Positions 30,531 to 40,752 of a DNA stretch of 57,067 bases are shown here, piece by piece. The DNA is from a virus (taxonomy: Duplodnaviria; Caudoviricetes), in IMG/VR virus record IMGVR_UViG_3300005325_000006, positions 1 to 57,067 of that record; one strand, 5' to 3'. A program made the position numbers and the translations under genes. The notes beneath the pieces are model-generated. The model had not been told where the DNA came from. It ran no database searches and saw only the letters and a program-made list of their open reading frames with translations. The stretch's first letter is position 1. The number at the start of each line of letters is the position of its first letter.

Positions 30531-30922
30531 GCGCGATAGTAGAAGCGGATATTGCGGCGTATCTGGCAACCAAGGGATATGGAACGGTCGGATCGACGAT
30601 CTTTGTTAATTTCCTACCCCCAACCCCCGATAACTGCATCATCGTGTCAGGGTATGCCGGGGGCGCTCCGATGAGAACGCACGACACTAGCGGAAATGAG
30701 GCGCCAAGCGTGCAGATCCGCGTAAGGAATACCAGTACAGCCACGGCACGGTCTAAGATCCAACAGATTTACAATACGTTGGACGGCATCACGAACACGA
30801 CGTTAAGCAGCACGTTTTACCTTGGGATCGAATCGATCAACAGCGGGCCGATCCCGATGGGTAAAGACGAGAACGGACGGCAGGAATATTCATGGAATTT
30901 TTCATGTTTACGGAGGAGGTAG
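30527..30922 (+). CDS. Tail terminator
   Basis: PSVQIRVR, MGKDENGRQEYSWNF. Confidence 0.8.
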   Translation: MSAIVEADIAAYLATKGYGTVGSTIFVNFLPPTPDNCIIVSGYAGGAPMRTHDTSGNEAPSVQIRVRNTSTATARSKIQQIYNTLDGITNTTLSSTFYLGIESINSGPIPMGKDENGRQEYSWNFSCLRRR

Positions 30923-30925
30923 ATT

Positions 30926-31342
30926 ATGGGTAGCAGCGCAAACAAAGGTATTGGTGTAATCTTCGAGGAGAACGCACCACACGCCCCGATAGCAGAGATT
31001 ACGGATCTTGGTGAGGTTGGCGCGTCACGGTCTGATAACGATGTGACGAGTCACGACAGCAGTAATAATGCCGAAGAATTTCTTGCGGGCATTATAACCG
31101 GTGGTGAAGTGACGATGACGGTTAACCTTGTCGCCACGGATACTAGCGGGCAGATGCAGGCGATAACCGATCTAACAAGCGGGATTAAGAAAAATTACAT
31201 TATCCGGTTCCCGAACACCGATCTTAGTACGTATCAGTTTTACGGGTATGTCAAGAGTTACCGGATTAAGAGTGAACTGAAAGGCGTGATCAAAATGACG
31301 TTAGTATGGAAGATTAGTTTTGCGCCGGTGTTTACGGCATAA
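30926..31342 (+). CDS. Tail tube protein, paralogue 1
   Basis: DVTSHDS...EEFLAG...GGEV; FYGYVKSY. Confidence 0.8.
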   Translation: MGSSANKGIGVIFEENAPHAPIAEITDLGEVGASRSDNDVTSHDSSNNAEEFLAGIITGGEVTMTVNLVATDTSGQMQAITDLTSGIKKNYIIRFPNTDLSTYQFYGYVKSYRIKSELKGVIKMTLVWKISFAPVFTA

Positions 31343-31359
31343 ATTAGGAGTGTGAAATT

Positions 31360-31764
31360 ATGGGATCAGCAGCAGAGAAAGGATTAGGGGCGAGCGTAAC
31401 GATCTCGGGAACTGAGATCGAAGAGGTAACGGATCTCGGAGAATACGGGGCAACACGGGCGGATCTGGATGTCACAAGCCACGATAGCAGCGGTAATGCA
31501 GAAGAGTTTATCGCAGGGTTAATTAACGGAGGCGAAGTCCCTGTTACATGTAACCTGACGAACGGCACCGGACAACAGGCGGCTATCACGAATTTCGGGG
31601 CGGGTACGATTGTTCCGTTTATAATCACGTTACCGAACACGGCAGCCAGCACGTTTGTGTTTGTCGGATACGTCAAGAGTTACCGGATCAAAGCCGATCT
31701 GAAAGGGACTATCAAACTGTCGTTAGTGATCAAGGTTACGCGGGCACCCACGTACACGGTGTGA
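31360..31764 (+). CDS. Tail tube protein, paralogue 2
   Basis: DVTSHDS...EEFIAG...GGEV; FVGYVKSY. Confidence 0.8.
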   Translation: MGSAAEKGLGASVTISGTEIEEVTDLGEYGATRADLDVTSHDSSGNAEEFIAGLINGGEVPVTCNLTNGTGQQAAITNFGAGTIVPFIITLPNTAASTFVFVGYVKSYRIKADLKGTIKLSLVIKVTRAPTYTV

Positions 31765-31772
31765 TGTAGGAC

Positions 31773-32183
31773 ATGACCGTTCCATCAAATCCTATCAGGA
31801 TCGGGGATAAATCATACCATCTCCGATTTAACCGCGCTGACGTAAAAGCAATGGAAAACGCGCTTGGTGTCGGGTATAGATACTTCGTAAAACCCGGCAT
31901 CTGGGGTAGTTTCACGGCGGATGAAGCGTTTATCTGGAGGGGGCTGAAAGAAGAGGACAAGGCTGGGGGATATGTCCATGTCTTCGATCAGAACGATTCG
32001 GGTAAAGACGATGCCGGTAACTTCATTGAGAAATTTATGAAAGACGGCGGCGATCTTTCCGAAATTGAAGTCCTGATATTAGAGGCGTTCTTCGATCAGG
32101 GTTTGTTTAAACGGAAAGATTCCGATAGTGCTGAGTCGGGAGATGGTGATGAAAAAAACCCGAAACCGACTGGTACACCATAA
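31773..32183 (+). CDS. Tail assembly chaperone (G)
   Basis: Between tail tube and tape measure. Confidence 0.8.
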   Translation: MTVPSNPIRIGDKSYHLRFNRADVKAMENALGVGYRYFVKPGIWGSFTADEAFIWRGLKEEDKAGGYVHVFDQNDSGKDDAGNFIEKFMKDGGDLSEIEVLILEAFFDQGLFKRKDSDSAESGDGDEKNPKPTGTP

Positions 32184-32500
32184 CCGATCCAGTCGCTTAT
32201 GGGTTATGTAACTTAAAGCCATGGGAACTTGACCGGATGACCCCGGGTGAACTGAACGCGATCATAAAAGCATGTGTGGATCGGGAGAGTGAACGGATGA
32301 AATTTCGGGATATGTTAAACGGGGTGCTCTGCTCATTATTGGCTAACGTGAACAGAGGTAGTGATACCGATCCGTTTAAAGCTGACGACTTTATGATCAT
32401 GCGCGATAAACCATCAGATGCTATACAAGAACATCCTGAAGAAGTGCCGAAAAAACTGAAACTTCTTGCAGCGGCAGGGATTGTGCGGGAGGTGCGATAA
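32153..32500 (+). CDS. Tail assembly chaperone -1 frameshift extension (GT)
   Basis: Slippery A AAA AAC at 32153-32159; -1 frame open: PETDWYTITDPVAYGLCNLKPWELDRMTPGEL. Confidence 0.8.
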   Translation, partial: KKPETDWYTITDPVAYGLCNLKPWELDRMTPGELNAIIKACVDRESERMKFRDMLNGVLCSLLANVNRGSDTDPFKADDFMIMRDKPSDAIQEHPEEVPKKLKLLAAAGIVREVR

Positions 32501-34612
32501 ATGGCAGACGCGGGTTCAATCTGGATCCGGCTCGGGCTAAACACCGACGAGTTCAGCAAAGGTTTGGGGAAGGCCAAACAGGGTCTTGTTGAGTGGAGAG
32601 ACCAGATAAACCAAAACTCATCCGATATGTTAAGATGGGGTGCCGCAATAGGGGTAGTAACGGGTCCATTTTTAGCAGCGGGATATGCGATATATGATCT
32701 CACGTCAAAAGCGGCGGCTCTTGGTAAAGAGATTAAAGACAATGCGCGGGATCTTGGGTTATCAACAGAACAATACCAAAGGTGGTCTCATGCCGCAATT
32801 GCAGCGGGATCAAGTGCTGGCGAGATCCAAAGTGCGATCCGGATGCTGTCAATACGGTTAAGAGAGGCAAAAGATCCGGCGTCTGATATATCAAGATATT
32901 TAACCGCGCTTGGTGTATCTGCACTTGACGCAAAAGGTAACTTGCGCCCTATGAACGATCTGTTATTAGAGATCCTGCCCGCACTTAACCGGCTTCCCGA
33001 AGGTATGGACAGAAACCAAGCCGCAATGGTGTTATTTGGCCGTGGATTCAGTAACATCGCCGATCTGGTTAGTCTCTCAAGGTCAGAGTTACAAAAATTT
33101 ATGGATCAGGCTCCGGTGATCAGCGATGAGAAAATTGCCAAGATGGATGCGTTTAACTCCCGTCTTGCTACAATGAGCGAGAAGGCAAACTTAGCCAAAG
33201 CAGATATCGGCACAAAACTGATCCCGGTGGTTGAGAATTTATTGTATATTATTGATGAAAAACAACCTTCGCGTGGGGGCCTTAACGCTGCGATAGATTA
33301 CGGTATTGAGAGACTAAACGAAATGATCTTTATGACTCAATACGCAATCCAAGCGTGGTCTTTGATAGCACAACAGCCATTTTCAGGCAAATCTAACGAG
33401 CAACTAAATAAGGAGATGCGCGAATGGATCGCGGCATATAAAGCAAACTGGGAGTCGATAGTTTCCCCGAAATCGATGCTTGACGAAGAAGCAAACAAGC
33501 GATGGAAATCCATATACGGGGATTCTTTAACATCTCAATTTACGGTTGGCGGAAAACCCGAAGATTCAAAAGAGAACCTTTTAACAGCAACCGAGATCGC
33601 ACAAAAACAGAACGATATTAAATCCAAACTTATTGATCAGAAAGAAGCCCAAAAGGATATTGAAAATATCCAGAAAAACCGTTTTAATTGGGCGGTATTA
33701 GAAGTAAAAACGCAAGAAGAATATAACACGTTGCTTGAAAAGGCAAAACTGAAATATGAAAGTATCGGTCTTTCTATCCAGAAACTTAACGAAGAGTTGG
33801 CGAAATCGGGGGCGCCAACAACTGCCACTGCAACGGGTCTGACATACAACGAGATGTTTAAATCATCTCTTCAAACCGGCAGAGTGGGGCCGGATACAGC
33901 GGGATTCTCAGAACTTGCTAATATGAGCGAGGCGCAACTTGCTGAAATTGCCAAGGGGGGGTTAGGAAAATCTCAGGCAATGGCAGAGAAGGCCCAATCA
34001 TATTTAGATCGGATGCGTGCAGGGGGATCAAAAGCAGGAGAGACAAAAAAAGAGATTGCTGCAAAGCCCGGATCTGATGGTGAGGTTAAACAGGTAAAAG
34101 CGAATCTGGACGAGCAGGCAACGGCGTTCCAGACGTTAAGCGACAAAATCAAATCGATATACGGAGAGATGCAGAACAATTCGCTTCAGACATATACTAA
34201 TATAGCAAAGATCGCGCAGATCGCCGATGAGAACATAATGAAGAATTGGGCGGATACCCTGAACTGGGTTAACTCTCATATTGCGTATCAACAGATCATA
34301 ACGGTAACTGACGGGGAAGCGTCAGCAACCCCGATGAACATTGCGGCAGTATCTCCACCCGCACTCACCACGGCGGATTTCAGTTCAGTGGGTGTGCCGG
34401 CTGAAGCAAAATCTGCGGCGACCGAACAGGGAACAAACTCAGATGTTGATAAAAACAGGGCCGCAGGATCTGGAACAACTATCAACCAAAGTGTAACGAT
34501 AGTATCCCCGCAGGGAACCCCGCAACAGAATGCTACTGCGCTAAAACAAGCGAATCGAAGTTTAGGAGAGTTGGTACAGTCTAACGGGCTTGGTGGGGGT
34601 GTGTTATGGTAA
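32501..34612 (+). CDS. Tape measure protein
   Basis: 703 aa, helical Ala-rich; GSIWIRLGLNTDEF start; LGVSALDAKGNLR. Confidence 0.9.
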   Translation: MADAGSIWIRLGLNTDEFSKGLGKAKQGLVEWRDQINQNSSDMLRWGAAIGVVTGPFLAAGYAIYDLTSKAAALGKEIKDNARDLGLSTEQYQRWSHAAIAAGSSAGEIQSAIRMLSIRLREAKDPASDISRYLTALGVSALDAKGNLRPMNDLLLEILPALNRLPEGMDRNQAAMVLFGRGFSNIADLVSLSRSELQKFMDQAPVISDEKIAKMDAFNSRLATMSEKANLAKADIGTKLIPVVENLLYIIDEKQPSRGGLNAAIDYGIERLNEMIFMTQYAIQAWSLIAQQPFSGKSNEQLNKEMREWIAAYKANWESIVSPKSMLDEEANKRWKSIYGDSLTSQFTVGGKPEDSKENLLTATEIAQKQNDIKSKLIDQKEAQKDIENIQKNRFNWAVLEVKTQEEYNTLLEKAKLKYESIGLSIQKLNEELAKSGAPTTATATGLTYNEMFKSSLQTGRVGPDTAGFSELANMSEAQLAEIAKGGLGKSQAMAEKAQSYLDRMRAGGSKAGETKKEIAAKPGSDGEVKQVKANLDEQATAFQTLSDKIKSIYGEMQNNSLQTYTNIAKIAQIADENIMKNWADTLNWVNSHIAYQQIITVTDGEASATPMNIAAVSPPALTTADFSSVGVPAEAKSAATEQGTNSDVDKNRAAGSGTTINQSVTIVSPQGTPQQNATALKQANRSLGELVQSNGLGGGVLW

Positions 34613-35466
34613 GTCTTACGTGGGTAGCCCCGGATTCTACAACGTTCGTATTCTCAAAATCGGCGACTAATTACCGGCTACTGAAAAACTATTCGGGGAT
34701 ATCATATAATCCGATATCTCACCTTACTTTGAAAGCTCCGTATCAGAATGGGGAAACGCTGGTAAGTTCGCTGGCAGAACCGCGCGAAGTGTCGTTTGAC
34801 GTGATGGTACAATCTACCGATTTAGATAACCAACAGACGCTTATTTCAAACCTTGCGCAGAAACTATGCCCGATTTGCGGATCCGGGTATTTGCTGTATA
34901 CTAAAGAGGACGGGACAGAGTACCGACTTAACTGTGTAGGTGTCAACACCCCGACATTATCCCCGACCGTAAGATCGCCAACGTACCAATTAATCACGTT
35001 AGATTTTATCGCTCATAACCCGTTTTGGTATGGAACCACCCACATAGAATACTTACAATCTACTGCAACGGTGTTCTTCCCGTTCGGATTTCCGTTCTCG
35101 CTCGGATCAAACAGTTCAACCGTGGTTTGTACTAATGACGGGAATGTGGATAGCGAAGTTACTATTACTATCGACGGGTCTATTGAAAATCCCGTGCTCA
35201 CTAACGGGGCAACCGGAGAATATATTGCATTAAATATTACTATGGTTGCTGGGGACCGGATGGTTATAACTACCGGGTTTGGTAACAAAACCATCACGTA
35301 TTACCCGACAGGTGGCGGGTCTTCAAACGGGTTCCAGTATTTGGCATCGGGATCTACATTGTGGTCGTTAGAACCGGGCGACAACACGATCCAACTTACT
35401 GACGACACTATCGCGGCAGCGACGATCATATCGATAGAATGGTCTTCGAAATATTCGGCGGTGTAA
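34606..35466 (+). CDS. Distal tail protein (Dit-like)
   Basis: FIAHNPFWY, NDGNV, LEPGDNTI. Confidence 0.8.
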   Translation: MVSLTWVAPDSTTFVFSKSATNYRLLKNYSGISYNPISHLTLKAPYQNGETLVSSLAEPREVSFDVMVQSTDLDNQQTLISNLAQKLCPICGSGYLLYTKEDGTEYRLNCVGVNTPTLSPTVRSPTYQLITLDFIAHNPFWYGTTHIEYLQSTATVFFPFGFPFSLGSNSSTVVCTNDGNVDSEVTITIDGSIENPVLTNGATGEYIALNITMVAGDRMVITTGFGNKTITYYPTGGGSSNGFQYLASGSTLWSLEPGDNTIQLTDDTIAAATIISIEWSSKYSAV

Positions 35467-35467
35467 C

Positions 35468-36670
35468 ATGACGGAATTTGCCGGCGAGTCTTCAATTTTT
35501 GATTACGGAGTTTTTGATTATCTTATCTTTGACGAAGATTTAGAGGTATCATATACACCCGTTCCGATCCCGGTTTATGTTTACACCTCGTCAATGGTAC
35601 TAAAGGCAATTATAGATGATTATGAATATTTCAAGTATGAAATTAACTGGTACACTTGTGATAACTGGGAAATCATAATTAACCGATATAAAACGGGAGT
35701 TGACCAGTTCGCATTAGGCGGGTTTATACGGTATAACCGCGCGGGAACCGACAGGATAGGGATTATCGAACGGATCGAGAAACCGTTGGACCAGAACGGC
35801 AAACAATCTGAGGCTTGGAAAATATCGGGACGGGGTGTAGAATCAATATTTGCTAACCGTCTTTGTCTTTACAACACAACCGCGGGCGGGGGATATTTCA
35901 CGCAGGAAAGCGTAGTAGCGGAGACGGCAGCACGGGCGATAGTTGATAAAGAGTGTATCAGTGCAGACGCAAGCCGGAACTTCACGGGGCTATCGTTGGA
36001 ATCTGTGGACTCTTTAAGAGGTGGCAATGTAGATGTAACAACGCGGTATCAGACCGTAGGAGAAGCACTAGAGAACATCTCGCGGCAATCGTTGTTGTCA
36101 TTCAAACTGTTATGGAGCGGCAGCGGGCGGAACTTTACGTTTACCCCGTATGTCGGGACGGACAGATCGGCGACGGTGCAGCTTACCCCGGATTATGGTA
36201 ACGTCGGATCGTTTAATTATTTAAACTCAATTATGGATCTGAAAAATATAGTTTATGTCGGGGGAACCGGGGACGCGGCTGCACGGACAGTACGGCACGT
36301 TTATACCTCAGCGTTACCGACCGGGTGGGATCGGCGCGAGGCGTTCATAGATGGATCGGACTGTTCATCTAACGACCTGTTAGATAAGCGGGGCGAAGAG
36401 GTGCTAAATCAGTCAGAAGAACAGGTATCGTTAGAACTCGAATACATCAAATCGCCAACGTTTATATACCAGACCGATTTTGACATCGGGGATACTATCA
36501 CCGCCGTATTTTCTGGGGTGGTTACGTTAGCGTCCCGCATTATCTCGGTATCTGAGGAGTATTCGGCTGAAGGCGAGAAGATCACTATCGGGTTAGGTAA
36601 AGAATGGCCAGATCTGGTCAGGATCTTGAAAAACCAGCGTCGGGGGTATGACGCAGAAACAAGGAGGTAA
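35468..36670 (+). CDS. Baseplate hub / ReqiPepy6 Gp37-like tail protein
   Basis: GWDRREAFID, YQTDFDIGD. Confidence 0.8.
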   Translation: MTEFAGESSIFDYGVFDYLIFDEDLEVSYTPVPIPVYVYTSSMVLKAIIDDYEYFKYEINWYTCDNWEIIINRYKTGVDQFALGGFIRYNRAGTDRIGIIERIEKPLDQNGKQSEAWKISGRGVESIFANRLCLYNTTAGGGYFTQESVVAETAARAIVDKECISADASRNFTGLSLESVDSLRGGNVDVTTRYQTVGEALENISRQSLLSFKLLWSGSGRNFTFTPYVGTDRSATVQLTPDYGNVGSFNYLNSIMDLKNIVYVGGTGDAAARTVRHVYTSALPTGWDRREAFIDGSDCSSNDLLDKRGEEVLNQSEEQVSLELEYIKSPTFIYQTDFDIGDTITAVFSGVVTLASRIISVSEEYSAEGEKITIGLGKEWPDLVRILKNQRRGYDAETRR

Positions 36671-36676
36671 CATATT

Positions 36677-37675
36677 ATGGCAGAAAATTATAGGTTCTTT
36701 GATTCCGCTTCGTACACCGAGGCAAACTTTGCAGAGTTTATGAAAAAGATCATGCGGGGCGACGGGGTGCTCGAAGGTGTCCTGAATGAACTGGAAGTTA
36801 TCCAGAACACACCCGCCGCAATGAATGTTTTGCTAAAAACCGGTGAAGCATGGGCACAAGGAGTGTGGTATCAGAACACCGCACAGCAAACGATGACTAT
36901 AGAAGCAGCGGACGCATCATGGAACCGCATTGATCGGATCGTTTTAAGAGTATCATGGAGCGGCAATTCATTTACGGCAAACGTCCTAAAAGGTACAAAA
37001 GCGGCGTCTCCGACAGCCCCGGCACTTACGCAATCGGCAAGCACATGGGAAATATCATTAGCACAGATCGCGGTTGCAGCGGCGGCTACATCAATTCTTA
37101 CGGCAGATATTACTGATGAGAGAGGGACTTCGTATTGTGGCTGGGCATCGTCTCGATTTGGACCACATTATATCCTTGCGAACGGGGATTTGTCAGGGAA
37201 TGGTCAACTTGCACGGGGATACGGAACTCCGACGGCGTATAAAGATCTTGCAACTAAAGGGTATGTAGACACACTTTTTGGATCAACCGGTGTATTATCA
37301 ACAGGAATGATTGTTGCATGGTCGGGTGCAATATCGGCAGTGCCTTCGGGGTTTGTATTCTGTAACGGCGCCAGTTCAACGCCGGATCTACGCGGTCGGA
37401 TGATTGTCGGGGCGGTTGCAGATTCGGGCGATCCGTCGTGGAACGTAGATGATACGGGCGGCGCTTACGATGTGGCAATTGCACAAGCCAACTTACCGAA
37501 CGTAACCCTTAACTCCGGGTTGGTAAAGGATCTGGCGGGTGCAGATTCGGGTGTTTATGTAAGCAGTGGGAGTTCCTCCAGCAAAACAGCCATTACCACG
37601 TCTGCGCTCGGGTCTGGTACAAAACTGGTTATTATGAACCCGTATTATGTGCTTGCGTATATTATGAAGACGTGA
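36677..37675 (+). CDS. Baseplate/tail fibre protein with collar-like domain
   Basis: RIDRIVLR, ITDER; GMIVAWSG...PSGFVFCNG...TPDLRGR. Confidence 0.8.
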   Translation: MAENYRFFDSASYTEANFAEFMKKIMRGDGVLEGVLNELEVIQNTPAAMNVLLKTGEAWAQGVWYQNTAQQTMTIEAADASWNRIDRIVLRVSWSGNSFTANVLKGTKAASPTAPALTQSASTWEISLAQIAVAAAATSILTADITDERGTSYCGWASSRFGPHYILANGDLSGNGQLARGYGTPTAYKDLATKGYVDTLFGSTGVLSTGMIVAWSGAISAVPSGFVFCNGASSTPDLRGRMIVGAVADSGDPSWNVDDTGGAYDVAIAQANLPNVTLNSGLVKDLAGADSGVYVSSGSSSSKTAITTSALGSGTKLVIMNPYYVLAYIMKT

Positions 37676-37686
37676 GGGAATAAATC

Positions 37687-37893
37687 ATGAAAATTAGACG
37701 GATGTCAGATGTAGTTAAAGATCCAAAACCCCGTTTTACCTGCGAACGGTGCGGAAACGAGTTAAAACAACCGATAGAACAGAACGCAGTTTATATCTCT
37801 CCAAACGGAAAAGATGCGTTTTTGGTATGCCCGAAATGCCTGAAACGAACGGATTTTTATATCTGGGGTAATGCTGAGGTGAGAGAAAGATGA
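37687..37893 (+). CDS. Small zinc-finger protein
   Basis: CERCG...CPKC. Confidence 0.65.
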   Translation: MKIRRMSDVVKDPKPRFTCERCGNELKQPIEQNAVYISPNGKDAFLVCPKCLKRTDFYIWGNAEVRER

Positions 37894-38564
37894 CATGGTA
37901 TTCAACAGTAACGGCATACATCACAAAACTGACAGCGGCGAACTATAACGCAATGGTAACATATATCCGTGCTCATGCTACAGAACATGCCACCGGGGGG
38001 ATAGATCCACTTACGGCAGCCGATATTGGAGCGGGGGATGTTACCGGCGCTGCATCAAGTACTGATAATGCTATCGTAAGATTTAACGGAACCGGAGGCA
38101 AAACAATCCAAAATTCTGGGATCGTTATAGACGATTCAAACAATATACAATTGGCAAAGGGGTTAGAAATAGAACGGGTATTAACGGCAGATCATACTTA
38201 TTCTGGGATTACTGCTACATTTAACGCCCACGAAAACACCACTATATTTCAGGTTGGTTATTTTGATTCTAGTGGGCAGATTGCGTTAGCAGATTCAGAT
38301 ACGTCGGCGGCGATGCCAGTAGTGGCAATGGCAACGGCGGCAATATCGACAGATATATCGGGATTATATCTTCTTGAGGGGGTTGTCCGTGACGATTCGT
38401 GGAATTGGTCGGAAGGTGGTAAGATTTATGCAAGTGGAACTGCCGGGGGACTCACGCAAACCGTTCCAACGGGTACCGGAAAGGTGGTTCAGATATTAGG
38501 ATACGCAATAACTCCTGTAATAATGTATTTCAAACCCGATGATACCTATTTGGAGCTAGCGTGA
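37890..38564 (+). CDS. Tail fibre/structural protein
   Basis: DNAIVRFNGTGGKTIQNS repeat type; tail module. Confidence 0.65.
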   Translation: MTWYSTVTAYITKLTAANYNAMVTYIRAHATEHATGGIDPLTAADIGAGDVTGAASSTDNAIVRFNGTGGKTIQNSGIVIDDSNNIQLAKGLEIERVLTADHTYSGITATFNAHENTTIFQVGYFDSSGQIALADSDTSAAMPVVAMATAAISTDISGLYLLEGVVRDDSWNWSEGGKIYASGTAGGLTQTVPTGTGKVVQILGYAITPVIMYFKPDDTYLELA

Positions 38565-38569
38565 TTTAA

Positions 38570-39202
38570 ATGACTTATACAAGCCAATATCCAACACAAG
38601 ATGGGGATCATGTTAAATCCACCACGTATTACAGCGCGAGTTATTATCCATATTTTGCCACAGATCCAACAAAGTCCCTCACAGGAGGTGGAGATAACAA
38701 TGAATGGGTTTCGGTGTCAGGGACATATACCAATCAAAGATTTCATATTGATCTTGGTAGTGGGAAAATAATAAAACGCATATATTACGAGAATCATCAC
38801 GAGACTGGGACAGATACAAACCGTGGGGCAAAAAACTTTACGTTTTGGGGGTCTAATAGTGCAACTGCATTTGCGGAACTTACATACGCTATTGATACAG
38901 ATTGGACGCAATTAACAACAGACGTATCGGCATTTGATCAACATGTTTCTGCCGACACAACAGATCCTAAATACGTAGTAGTAACCAACACAACATCCTA
39001 TCAGTATTACGCTATTAAAATTGCAGATAACTATTCTGCAAGTGGTTACTTAGGATTACGTAGAGTGGAGTTACAGACAGAAGATGGTGGGGGGGGTTGG
39101 GCAAACATCGCAAAGGTTAATGGGATCACGTCTGCGAACATCTCGAAAATTTGCGGGATCTCTACTGCAAACATTGCAAAAGTTAAAGGGGTTGCAGTAT
39201 GA
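38570..39202 (+). CDS. Discoidin/galactose-binding-like receptor-binding protein
   Basis: HIDLGS, KNFTFWGSN, YQYYAI; three C-terminal ANI(A/S)K repeats. Confidence 0.65.
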   Translation: MTYTSQYPTQDGDHVKSTTYYSASYYPYFATDPTKSLTGGGDNNEWVSVSGTYTNQRFHIDLGSGKIIKRIYYENHHETGTDTNRGAKNFTFWGSNSATAFAELTYAIDTDWTQLTTDVSAFDQHVSADTTDPKYVVVTNTTSYQYYAIKIADNYSASGYLGLRRVELQTEDGGGGWANIAKVNGITSANISKICGISTANIAKVKGVAV

Positions 39203-39726
39203 TTAATTATGAACAAGATTTGTATAGAGTGGCATATATGGAAGTAGTAAAAGAATCGTATCCTGATCCAATTGCTGATAAAACAGATGAGATCAAAACC
39301 AAACGCAAAGAAATCAAATTGTTTCATTCTGGACGGTTGCCCGGTATCCCATTGGATCCTGCCCTTAAAAAGGAGATGCATGATCGGTTAACGTCAGAAC
39401 TTGAAGATCTAATCGTATTAAACAGCCAGATCATCAACACCAACAAAAATAATAAACTGGTTGTTGATATCAAGTATAAGGAGGATATAAACGATTATGT
39501 TACTGATCCTGTCAACATATCCCGTGCAGCGTGGGGGGCCGTGCGGGTAGAACGGAATCAATTACTTAAAGAGAGCGATTTTGTAAACGCGGTGGATACA
39601 AAACTTAAAACGGCATTGAAATCCGCATGGAAAGATTACCGGCAATCGTTGCGAGACATCCCGCAAAATAACACCGATCCGTTTAACATTGTTTGGCCGG
39701 AGAGACCGGCATATGAAAAAGGATAA
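39199..39726 (+). CDS. Tail fibre assembly chaperone
   Basis: RNQLLKESD...WKDYRQSLRDIPQ...WPERP. Confidence 0.8.
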   Translation: MINYEQDLYRVAYMEVVKESYPDPIADKTDEIKTKRKEIKLFHSGRLPGIPLDPALKKEMHDRLTSELEDLIVLNSQIINTNKNNKLVVDIKYKEDINDYVTDPVNISRAAWGAVRVERNQLLKESDFVNAVDTKLKTALKSAWKDYRQSLRDIPQNNTDPFNIVWPERPAYEKG

Positions 39727-39798
39727 CACAAAAGTTTATTTAGTAGTAGTTACTTATATTTAAAATATACTTATCTTTTAGTAAATGGAAGTGTAATC

Positions 39799-40257
39799 AT
39801 GATGTCAGCTAAGATCAACTCGGTGTTTTATCGTGATCCTTCGGAACCGATAGAACTTGCAACGAATAAGAACAGCGCGCCAACGTTTGACGGGTATCGG
39901 TTTCATCTCTCGCGTAACATCCAGGCAAACCTTGCAATGAGCACGGACGAGCAGGACGGATCGTATTATTCGCTCCTGATCGGGATGTTTGTGGACGGGA
40001 AAGAATGCCAGTACGTTACCGACTGGATCCGGAACGATGATGAGAGCCGGGCGAAAGATTACGCATTTGAGATTCCGGCATATTCAAAATACATGAAGCC
40101 CGGGAAAGTCCACACCATAGAGTTTAAACTCGGACGAAGAAAATTCGTTAAGAATTATATGCTTTATTCCGGAGCGCCGTTCGATGTAGCTAAGCGCGAG
40201 TATGATATGTTTGATTCAGTAACGTATTATTATAAAGTCGGTGTGCTTCCGGAGTGA
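39799..40257 (+). CDS. Hypothetical protein
   Basis: ORF after AT-rich promoter region. Confidence 0.7.
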   Translation: MMSAKINSVFYRDPSEPIELATNKNSAPTFDGYRFHLSRNIQANLAMSTDEQDGSYYSLLIGMFVDGKECQYVTDWIRNDDESRAKDYAFEIPAYSKYMKPGKVHTIEFKLGRRKFVKNYMLYSGAPFDVAKREYDMFDSVTYYYKVGVLPE

Positions 40258-40568
40258 TTGTTACGTTTGAACCCGCCGGAACACCAACAATATTAGGTAT
40301 GACTGCATCAGAGTGGGAGGCGTTTGGATATGGCCTGAAAGACGGTCTGAAAGTCTGGAAACGGACACATATCAAGTATTCAGAGATCGATAATCTGGAT
40401 ATATCCCCCCAGATCAAACAGTCTTTAAAAGACGAGTTCCATTATTACGAGATCGGGAGCGACCTGCCAGAAGATATTGTTCTTCTAGCGTGCGTGATCT
40501 ATTTTGGAATTAACGATCTCCCTACATTAATGAAACTTGCGGGATCCTTCTTCGGATTCCAAGTTTAA
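40254..40568 (+). CDS. Hypothetical protein with hydrophobic C-terminus
   Basis: GTGA overlap with upstream stop. Confidence 0.65.
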   Translation: MIVTFEPAGTPTILGMTASEWEAFGYGLKDGLKVWKRTHIKYSEIDNLDISPQIKQSLKDEFHYYEIGSDLPEDIVLLACVIYFGINDLPTLMKLAGSFFGFQV

Positions 40569-40689
40569 CTTTTTTCAAAAAATAAAAATTGGTTTGGAAA
40601 TCAAATGGTTTTTTTGAGGTGATAATAATGGGATTCGTACTACCCAATGTTCCACAAGGTTGCATTTTTTAACGTGGTTGTGTCCACAA

Positions 40690-40752
40690 TTTGATCGGTG
40701 GGAATCGAACCCGCGCAACCCGTAGAGCCGGATTGCAACCACTTCAACCAAA
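40690..40752 (-). ncRNA. D-armless mini tRNA-like RNA
   Basis: Acceptor TTGGTTG/CGATCAA; stem GCAATCCG/CGGGTTGC; T-arm GCGGG TTCGATT CCCAC. Confidence 0.7.

Noticed and set aside
40690-40752. tRNA-Pyl or amber suppressor
   Set aside because: 6-nt loop, no D-stem, and no TAG read-through pattern noticed in the genes
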